From the NCBI GenBank assembly GCA_030141605.1, contig JAQGDQ010002379.1:310001-374000 (forward strand): a stretch of 64,000 nt of DNA, given 5' to 3'. This document shows positions 1-43,454 of the stretch, in pieces (the stretch's first letter is position 1; the number at the start of each line of letters is the position of its first letter). The notes under the pieces were generated by a model. That model did not search any database, had not been told where the DNA came from, and saw nothing but the letters and a program-made list of their open reading frames with translations. Source of the DNA: Tubiluchus corallicola. Lineage: Eukaryota > Animalia > Priapulida. Position numbers and translations under genes: made by a program.

Positions 1-514
1 AACTTTCAGACAGCCTGGTCCGGTATACTGTTCTGACTCCTGTAAATTTTTATACTGGAGTGTCTGTTATCTGGCTTTTGTTATAGTACCTCTAAAAAAC
101 TTTAATTATGCAAATAATGACCATTGAAATAAGATCACAAAATCAATTGTCGCACACGCTGTGTTCCAACAAGCTCTAGTACAGGTTGAATATATTGAAT
201 AAAAACAAAATTCTTTTGAATGAAGTTATACGAAGTTTGAATGTTTAAACTCTACTGATGAACATGATGCATATTCAACTGAACTGCTGCAAGCATTTAA
301 CTTCAGCATAGGGTCTTGGAACTATGTGCTACTCTAGATGTTACCTGAATGTAACATTGGGCATTGTACATTTGTTAAACATTTAAATTGTATATATAAA
401 CTGAGTAGGCTATACAAATTCTGCTTAAGTAGGTTGGCTGAAATCTTACAATGTTCACTTTTTTCGTACTATGAAAAAATATTTTGTGACAGACAAAGTT
501 ATTTTTCATTTCAG

Positions 515-33602
<33,088 letters not shown>

Positions 33603-33757
33603 TATCAGGTACATTGTTTTTTGTTTTGTTTTTGTCGTAATTTTTTTCTCCAGGGTGGCAAAGAAGTTACTTAAGTTGAATTGAGTTCTTTGAATTTAAG
33701 AAATGAGTGTTTAGTCCAATACGTACAATGACACATAAATCTTATAAAGTACTATAC

Positions 33758-33822
33758 TTTCTCCTCTTTCCCTCCCTCCCTCTCTCCCTTTTCTCCCTCT
33801 CTCTTCCTCTCTCCCTCTCTTC

Positions 33823-33853
<31 letters not shown>

Positions 33854-33864
33854 ACTCACTCTCT
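33758..33864. repeat. CT-rich microsatellite
   Basis: Direct inspection. Confidence 0.9.
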
Positions 33865-36800
33865 GTGATTTACTGTTTCTGATCTGCTAGTTTATAAATT
33901 CAAAATGCATTTTACAATTAATATCTGTTTTATTTTTATTTGTTGCAGAAACTTTCATTTCTGAGTTCCGTTTCACGTCATTCTGGTCACACTTAACAAC
34001 ACATGCACATTCACAATATTAATGAAATAAACAAAACAGATGTGGCATTCACTCGTGAAACATTACCAAGTATGGTCGAGCAGTGATGAAGCTACATCTG
34101 CCATCACGTACTGTGTTACTATGATCTGTTTTTTGTCTCAGAAAAGCTATTGTTTTGCTACGTTATTACGTTATTAGTCAGTTGTTGTTTTTGAGTTTTC
34201 ACTATTTGTACAGTGTTCACAACACTATAGTTTTAACTTGTTGAATTTATTCATGTCCGTCATGCTGAATGCACAAGGCTTTTGATTCACATCATCAAAC
34301 TAAAGCATTTTATGTATAACTTGTTAACATCTAGTAATTTTTAGTTTATTTATTTATATTTGCGTGCAGCTACCTCATTATTTCGCACTTGTTTTGTAAC
34401 ACAGTTTGTGAGTGGCTGGTATTGGGTGGCCCACTGGCCAATGGCCAGTCAGAAGTGCCTTTTCAGAATGTAGGCTGAATCAGCATTTCTGATTAATAGT
34501 TGTTAATAGCAACTGTCTTTAGTCAGTTAATTTTGACAGACATTACAAGAGTAGGTCACTTGTAAAATATTAGACAATTGAGCTGTGACATTGAATGTGA
34601 TTGGTTGATTTTGTGATCTGGAAACTGTATGATCAGCCACTGAACTTCATTTGCTATTTCATCATTAGTTATTATTATAAGTATTCTTATTGTAATTTTT
34701 CACCTATTCGCATGTGTCACCTTCCCCGTTCCCTTCAAAATGAGCTACTTCATTTCTTTCGACTGGCCAAGATGGAGCGTCTCATTTTGTCGAAGGGGTG
34801 TGACTGTTTTTTTATCATCACTTGGGTATTTAACTTACTTATTAACTTATTCATGGAAAACTAAAACAGTATACAAGGAATATTTCCATGATATTGTTAA
34901 TATTTCTTGCAAATGCATGCATGTTAATAAAGCCTTTCAGTTTATTAAAGGATTCTTTGTGATACTGGTGTAAAATGTCAGTTGTCACGGACTTGAGTGA
35001 ACAATATATATATGTCTGCGAAGGTGGGTAGCAAGTTATTTCGTAAGTTGCTTGAATATGGTGTTAAAGAACATTTCTATGAAAGTACGAATTACCATTA
35101 CCATTGTAAATTTTCTAATTATATTTATGAATATAATATATAATGTATAATTAATATATTAAAACTTCCACAATGCAAGGCGAAACTGTGCACAATATGC
35201 GTGCCAGGCTTTCTCGTTGCTACTAGCAATGTATGTGTGCCTCGTGTGGAAATCTTTTTATCATTTTTGGAATAATATATTATTGGTATTGAGAGGCCAG
35301 AGATCTATAAACTGAACTTGTTTAATATATAAATATAAATGGATTGTTCTCTTGTTTGCATTTCTATTTATTTCTCAAATTTTTGATGAACTTGTTTTCG
35401 ATTCTGATTTTCGTTATAAATTTTATAAATATTCTGGTCGTGTATGATGTCTTCTGTAAGAGAAGGTCTTGCAGGCTTGTTGCAGGAATTTAGCGAGTAC
35501 ACTCGAACGTTGCACTCACACACTACACTCACAGTGCCGTTACCGTTTAGGTTTCTGTCTTCCATTGTGAGTATAGTGAAGTAACTAAGGCAACAGAATT
35601 TGTTTATTACATAATTTTTAACCTATGCATTTTTTGGTGTGACGTGTATATGTGAATTAAATGTTCAGCATTTGAATTTTATACATGTTTTCCATCTGCT
35701 TTCAAGCTATTGTGTCATTGATATTGCAGCTTGTTATTTGGAATTTGATATTTAAATACTAGTATTTAGTAGTAGTGTCATACATAGTGTTTTTCTTGCT
35801 AACTTCTTAAGTGCACAATATATTGCCAGACTTCATCTTTAAATCGCAGATGAAAGCAGTAATTTCATGCCTGTGTATATACTTTGAATATTTTGATAAA
35901 AAGAAACAATTGGTGTACTAGCTTATTTTTAGCCAAACTTGTTCCGTTTATTCACACATTGTAAAATTTGTTGATTTATCATTACTTGCCTTTAATCTGC
36001 ATTTCGTTGTGGTTACCTGTTTACTTTTATACTAAAGTTCGTTGTTACATATAAAGTTCCCACATGTAAGTGGGAATTGTACAGTTTATTAATTTACACA
36101 TCAATTAGTGAAGCTGTCAAACTTGCCCAGTCAAAATTAATCTTTACTATCAAATTTTGTATATAGTTGGTTCATGTCTGAGTTTGGTTAGTATCCCATT
36201 TGTGTGATTTTTTTTCGTTTTACGTAAACTTTACATTTCAAAAGACGTCATGTGTTCTGGCTATCCGCAGTGTAATAAATACAAGATTTTTTGCTTATTT
36301 TTTGCAATTTGAATGTTGATAGAACTAAAGTACTCTTCAAAATTCGTAGATGCTATTCTTGTGTGAATTTTACCGCAGTTATTATAAGTGCTTCATAGTG
36401 TTTATCTTTCCATTTTGACACTTTCTTATACTGTTCTTTTAATTAAATAAGTAATGTGGTTAATTAATCGCAAAAATCTCTCATTATCAAAAGCCTGATA
36501 ACCTCAGCTGCCTAGATTTGAGATAGTTTATTCCAGATAGTTTAATCCTATATTCCAAAACAATATAAGATTAGTTTTTATTTGGCAAATCTGGAGTAAA
36601 GAGTAGTAGCTAAAGTTACTTAAGTAATATCTGTTCCATGTTTAGTTTTATGAAGCTCTTCCAGATTACTTTGCAATCATTTTTGCATGTCAGCTTGACT
36701 AGGTGCCTGTACAACTATGATTTGCTGAATATCAATGGGTGTTGAGCCATATGCTGAATTAGTCTGTGAAATTGTAGAGTTAATATAAAAAAGCTGAAGT

Positions 36801-36984
36801 ACACATGGTTGTCTTTTTAAAATGTTAAGATTTTTCTCCTACTTAACTTAAAATCTCTTCTTTGTCTAAATCTAAAACACACAACTTTAAAATGATGTCA
36901 GTAAATTGTAATTTTATGTGTTTGCTGTGTTGATACTGATAATAACAATTACACTGTATAAAACGTTTAGTGCATGCTGTTGTT

Positions 36985-38256
36985 TTATTCTTGTTTATTT
37001 AAACTTTAACTATATTTCTGTGTTACAATAAATGAACTCAAAACAGAAAATGCAATGCCTTATATGTTTAAAATTCCTGGCAAGAGCAAGGGGGTATTTT
37101 ACAGTACAATTCTAATGTTGTATATGATAGATATCATGAAGCAACATATTTTTATCATAATAGCTTATTGCCACACACACTAACATTTCTGGAAGTCAGT
37201 GATCAAAAGTTATATTACTGCATACCTAATTGCTCAGTTTAACAATATTAAATTATAAATCTACTCGTATTTTGCTTAATAAAAACTTTAATTTGCAAAC
37301 AATATGCAGCCAATAATATGCTAGAATCTGTTTTGTTTCTCGTGTCAAGTCAAACTCATGTACACAACCTTTTAAGATCACTCTCCACAGTAAGAACAGT
37401 GACACATGGGGACCTCGTGTTAAAATTAATGCTTTAGTATTTACAGTGAATTGCAGCTTTGTATTATGTATAACAAATAGATATCAGTTGTCAGAGTTTC
37501 ACAATGTAGTGAAATGAAAAAGTGAACTCATACAGTATCATGCTGAGTGCATTTGATGCTGCTCATTGTCTAATAATCAAAATACGAGAAAAAATTCACT
37601 AATAATTCTTGTTGCTGGTGTTGATCAAATGCACTAATCTTGTAATCTGATGTGACTTATCAAATGCACTTTCATTGTTTCTTTCATACACGTTCCTTAA
37701 TCATTGCCTTCTTTTTGGTTGTTAAATGTACGGTGTCATTTTGAGTAATTTATCTTACTTAGCTGTCCACATTGTTTTTCATTTGACAGGTAGTTTTGAT
37801 TTTTGTTAAGCGGCCATGCAATTTGTTTTTTTTACAGAAAAAGTGGCAATTTGTTAACATTCTACTTTATTTACTCTCATTTTATGTGTCTGTTTATGTG
37901 CGTAATGTATAGGTATTGTAAATTTTTTTCGTATTATGCTACTCTAATTTTTTTTCATTAAATTTCTATTTATGTGCAAGTTGCTGCAAATCTTTTAGGT
38001 GCTAATCGATGAAATAAAAGAAATGTTCACCTTCCATGCAAATAATTATATGTAAGTCTTAGTAAAATTAATAGTTGATCACTACAGCAATTTACCGTTA
38101 AAAATAATTAACAATGTTAATACTCAATTAAAAATTATTCGCAAATGAGCATAACCATTAACCAAGCCTAGCCCTAAGTGTCCAACGTGAGACTCGTCGT
38201 AAATATTCCGTCAATGTGTTACCAAGTGATTGGCTTTCCTGTTGAAGATATCCCGT
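36985..38256 (+). repeat. Start of tandem segmental-duplication unit 1 (diverged copy at 55526-56625)
   Basis: Colinear match from ttattcttgtttatttaaactttaac to gttgaagatatcccgt, with many substitutions and indels. Confidence 0.9.
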
Positions 38257-38284
38257 AATGCTTATTGGGGAATCGCGACGTGAC

Positions 38285-40380
38285 GTGCAGAAATTGCTGA
38301 AATTCTAAACAATATTTTAAAAACAGGCACATTTCCGCAGGATATTCATAAAGGAATACTTATCCCTTTACCCAAGCCAGGTAAGAAACGAGGTCCTATA
38401 TAAAATCTTAGACCATTGATGTTGCTTACACTACTATACTAAGGAAGATCTGTACCGTTACCGTCGAAGGATAGAGGTTAAGCATACATAGCTTATAAAC
38501 CTCTCCACTCTTCCTTGTTTACTTTGTCAATATTAAGAATACATAATGGGTGGCGACACTACGATCACGAAGCGAAGCATAGGGTTTCTTGTTGCCATTG
38601 TGGCAACCTGGGGTCTATATATTTTTCAGCATTGTTTTTCCAAAATCTATGGAGACGAGACTTAAACTGGGCAGGATTGGGTGCTTGTATTACATGGTCA
38701 GGCAGCTTGTTCCACTCATTAATTACTCGCCTTGCGAATGTGAATCTTCTTCTGTTCCACCTTTTGGGAACTGTTCTCTTCTTGATTTTGTAGGAGTGAC
38801 CTCTGGTACCATGATATGTCTGTCGGTGAAAAAATATTTCACTGTTGATGGTTTCTATGCCTTTAAGAATACGGAATGTTTGGATTAAATCTTGTCTTTT
38901 GCGTCTGTATTTCAGAGTTGTAAGGCCGAGAATCTTAAGTCTTGCAACATACGGTAAATGAGAAATGGCAGGTACAAGTCTAGTAGCTCGACGTTGTATA
39001 CTTTCAATTTTTCTTATCATGTCTTGACGATTTGGGCTCCAAATCACATCACCATAATCCAGAATAGGACGAACGATTGATTTATATAGTTTGGTCGCCA
39101 CTGTATGTTGACTAGGATCTATGACAGGTTACACACTTACATTCCAACAAGCCAAGCAGCATATCAACCAGGACGGAATACTACTGAATTAGTACAAGCC
39201 TGTAAATTACTAGCCGGAAAAGCCATCTCTTCTGCTGATTACTCAATACATATTCATGATCGATATGTCAAAGGCCTTTGATTGTGTGCGGAGAAAAACT
39301 CTGCTATGCTGCCTGGAAGAAATCCTTGAACCTGATGAAATATACATCATAAGTATAATGTTAGAAAATTTATTAATTCAAGTCAGGTGTGAAGGGAAAT
39401 TGAGTCAGCCGTTTTCTACAGACAAAGGAGTACCTCAGGGTGACTGCCTAAGCCCTGTACTTTTCACTTTATATCTTGCCATAGCTCTCACTGAGGACAA
39501 AGTTATACCATTGAAAGACCTAGAAGATCACAACTACACAATTCTTGATCCTGAATTAATACCGAATGAAGTAAGACAAGAATGCAGTTACAGTTCTCTA
39601 CAAAGTAAGTCAACTACTATATCTATGCAGTATGCTGATGATGTGGCATGGATTACAAGAAACAAAGAAGACGTAGATGAAATAAAAAACTCAATAGAGG
39701 AGAAACTGAACAGAATGGATCTCATTGTAAACAAAAATAAAACTGAAGAGTTTCACATAACACGCCATGGTGATGAATCATGGCAAAGATGCAAGTATCT
39801 CGGTAGTCTGCTGACAACAGAAGACGACATATCAAGACGGAAGATAATGGCATTATCAGTTTACTCAAAACTTAAAAAAATTTCTTTGGAAACAAAAATT
39901 AGAATATTCTCAGCCTTAGTTGAAACTGTATTTCTATATAACTCTGAGCTCTGGACATTAAAAGCAAATCATAAAGCTGAAATCGATGCGTTTCAAAGGC
40001 GAAATTACAAAAACATGTTGGGTATTAGATGGCCAAAGAAAATTTCAAACAAAGATCTATATGAAACAATAAAAGAAGAACCTTGGACAAGAAAAATAAA
40101 AAGACGCCGTTTAAGATGGATTGGGCATATGCTTAGACTACCTGATGATACTCCAGTGAAGATAGCTCTTCAACAAGCCATAGAACCAGCTAAAAAACCT
40201 GCAGGAGGACAAATGTTAACATATTTAGATTTTGCACAAAAAGATTTAAACACTTTAGCATTGATCCTTAGAAATAAATCTACTTGGGGCATTGCGGCGA
40301 GCAGGGAGTCCTGGCATAGGGAGGTGAACAGAATCATGTCACTGGATGTGTGATTCATTGGATCATGATGATGATGATGA
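38285..40380 (+). mobile_element. 5'-truncated RTE-group LINE, reverse-transcriptase region (ORF 39256-40353), interrupted by a CR1 fragment
   Basis: GILIPLPKPGK..NLRP, SQAAYQPGR, DMSKAFD, GVPQGDCLSP, YADD, KYLG, YNSELW, RLRWIGHMLR; (TGA)n tail; empty site gcgacatgacatagagg in the paralogous unit near 57526-57542. Confidence 0.92.
38455..39100 (-). mobile_element. CR1-clade LINE 3' fragment nested in the RTE-group LINE
   Basis: KLYKSIVRPILDYGDVIWSP..IESIQRRATRLVP..RLKILGLTTL..TRGHSYKI..RVINEWNKLP; short cggtaa-type tail; flanked by ctgta on both sides (38450-38454, 39101-39105). Confidence 0.92.
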
Positions 40381-41360
40381 CATAGAGGAATTACAAGATG
40401 CAGAATGTACGATCAGCTGCCGTTTAGAAAAATATAATCTTAAAGTCAGCAATAGAAAGACTGAAGAATACCATATTCGAAGAGGAGGTAATTATTCATG
40501 GAAATGATGTAAATACTTTGGTGGCTTGTTAGACACCGAAGCTGACATACAAAGAAGGAAATTTCTTACATTGTCTGATTATACAGATGTCAACGGTTTT
40601 TGAAAACAATAGACTGTCTCTTGAAACCAAAGCCCAGATCCTTTCATCTTAGTTGAATCTGTGTTTTTGTACAGTGTTGACCTATGGGCAATAAAATTTA
40701 AGTAACAGAAGGAAATTGGCACTTTTCAAAGACATCTCTATAGAAATTACTCGCAATTAAATGGCCTGACTGAATATCTGCTTTACAGTCTTTTTTACAA
40801 TGACATCAGGACCTAGAGTTCAACTCGTTAAGGTCCCTTCTCATATTCATTTTAAATTTATCGATAGCGTTTGATGATCAGTATAATGTGGTGAAGAAGA
40901 ATCCTTGGAGTAAACAAATACAAGTAAGAAGATTGCTTTGGTTTGGTGGCAGCAGTGCATAATGCGTGGCATCAACAAGTGAGATGGGCCGTGTTATTTT
41001 TAGAACATAGCAGCACAGAAACGACGACGAACATATTTTAATATTCCTTGGTTCAAACGACTTTAGTCCAAAAGTCGAGCTCCGAACATCAAGATGGCTA
41101 GCATATGTTCTCTAATTACCAAGTAAAGCATAAGTAAGAATTGCCTTAAAGGAATCCTTAAAGAACCTTGCAAAAAACCATATGTCAAATGAAAAACAAC
41201 GTGGACAGCTAAGTAAGATAAATAAAGATGTTCAATAACTTTAACCCATTTATCTTTAGGAGTAGAAGAACTTACCGCACTAGCTGCAGATAGGAGTAGA
41301 TGGAATGCTCTAATGAATGGTAATGCCTCAATGTCTACAACAGATGGAAGAGACTTTGAA
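40381..41360 (+). mobile_element. Older, decayed RTE-group LINE fragments (paralogous pieces at 57527-57640 and 58646-59120)
   Basis: LEKYNLKVS..KTEEY, KYFGGLL, LVESVFLY, IQVRRLLWFG remnants with stops and frameshifts. Confidence 0.7.
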
Positions 41361-43004
41361 GACCATCTTTTATTTTAGAATTCTGACTGCCTAGTGGGTC
41401 ACTGATTCAAACCCAGGCTCAGTGTAGTCAAGTTTGATACCAAAATTCAGCAGTTGAGGTTTTATATAAACACATTTTATTTTTCATGACCTTTAGTATT
41501 AAAAAAAATCTGATTGATAAACATTAGTAAGGAATTGTGCAGTTACTGTGTTTAGGTAAATACGAGGGTCAAGCACATATAAGCACATATTTAAAACAGT
41601 TTAAACAAGTGTCAGAAATAATGCTTGGGCCTTTATTTGCTTTAATTGTCTTCGAACATTGAGAAACGTCCAGCTGAGATTTAGTAGCGCTTAAACTGTA
41701 CAGACCGTGAAAAGAACCTACCGATCATTAAACTAGATCAGTGTCGTAATAAACTTGAATAATTTCCATTGTCAAATCTGTGGTGAAATTACAATCAAGG
41801 TGAATAAGGTAAATAACAAGTATGATTGATCTGCTCTCATCTGACCTACTAATTCGCGTTAATTAAGCGGTTCTTTAACATAATTGTGCTACGTTATTAA
41901 ATATGAGAGTCGTAATTAGGTTTAACGATAGGCTATTTGATTAATTCCGCCTTAGGAATGAGTAAGTACTATAATATAATGTTCACACATTTACATTCAG
42001 ATATCCACATTTTAACAGCGACAGTGCATCAACAACAATCTAGTGATACAAATGTTAAACTAAAACATTACTGAAAGTTTACGATTTTGTAGTTTTTATA
42101 AGTTTCTGTGCTATATATGCCCCCATCCCTCCCACTCCTAGCATTCATCAGACATTTCAACAGATAGTACATATACTTCATATACATCTTCGTCATTGAT
42201 TGGGATTGTAACACTTCATTAATAAATATTTATGCTGGTTTTTCAAAATGTTTATTTGTAACATAGTATTTGTTCTTCATTTTTGTATAGTCATTGACAT
42301 AAAACAGTGCAATAGCTTGTGCATATGAGCTAGTAGTGTAATCAGTGTCTGCCAAATTGAAGCCTGACTCAGACCTGAATAATAAAAGACTGTCGAAAGG
42401 TGTTTAGGACGATTGCCTTATACAGAGGGAGAGGAAAGGGATTACAAAGTAGAGTACACAGATGTCCTGTTCTCATAAAGATCTGAATAATTAGTATGTA
42501 GAGTAACATTCGTTTCTGGCTATTGAAGTTTGCCTTTACAAATACGCTGTATCAGTTTGCTACACGACACAGATTACATGCTCACCCCAATGCTCAACTC
42601 AAACCAGCAGTATGCTAAGAATCCAGAAGTACATGCCGCATACACGCCGTACATACATAACATACGTTCATAGATAGAATACATGTGCACATAGCTCCAC
42701 AATTGATTACCTGCATATGTTATCACAAGTGGTATTTCCAGCGATTTAATTTGCTCATCATTATTTTTTGTCTGTTTATCATTACCATGCCCACTAGAAC
42801 ATAAATATAATTTACATTTTTAAGTATGTCAACTTTAGAAATGTCGTGATCCACATAACAGCACCTCTTTGAACTTTTGGAAGTTTAAAATTAGAACATT
42901 GCACTGAGTGCAGTCAGAGTGCAAAAATCAGGCTTAAGGCGTCTGAAATCATTAGGTGAAGTGTTAAATGTTTTAAGTTTTTTGGTAGATGTTTACGATC
43001 TAAC

Positions 43005-43359
43005 TGTTGTGGAGATCGCTGACGTCAAGTAGAATTGCACAGAACGTCGTAGAATGTTCTGTCGGGATGACCGCTTTAGCGTCTGGATTGTTCTCGAACA
43101 TTTGTTCCAGAAGTTTCTGCAGTGCGCTATATAAGGCGAAGCAGGCTGCCGACAGGGGATCGCACGCAGATCTAACACGGACTTATACTTACGCATTTAT
43201 ACTTACTTAAACGTTTTCCAGATTTTCACGTTTATTGTAATCATTTCAACGTTCCTTCATCTTTTGTATAGTAGAATTCTCGCTAAATAAAGCAGTTTTA
43301 TTTGACGGCGTGTTTTCTGGTTTTCTCTACGAGCCTTTCGAGAGAAACTAAACACAACA
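43005..43359 (+). mobile_element. Solo LTR (355 bp)
   Basis: TGTTGTG...CACAACA termini; perfect 5-bp TSD ctaac (43000-43004, 43360-43364); TATATAA 43128; AATAAA 43286; single ctaac empty site in the paralog at 59153-59157. Confidence 0.9.
43020..43134 (+). promoter_or_regulatory. LTR promoter: CRE (TGACGTCA), heat-shock-element arrays and TATA box
   Basis: TGACGTCA 43020-43027; GAA at 43032/43042/43052 plus TTC 43057; TTCtcGAA 43091-43098; TTCcaGAAgtTTC 43105-43117; TATATAA 43128-43134. Confidence 0.65.
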
Positions 43360-43454
43360 CTAACTTGTATATTAAGTAATACGATACAGACAACATACTA
43401 GATTAAAAATTTCTAGCTTCATATTTGCATTTTGTTTCTACTCAACAGACCAAG

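Noticed and set aside
34433-34449. actggcca-a-tggccagt palindrome in the putative 3' UTR
   Set aside because: Too short; not a miRNA- or SECIS-like structure
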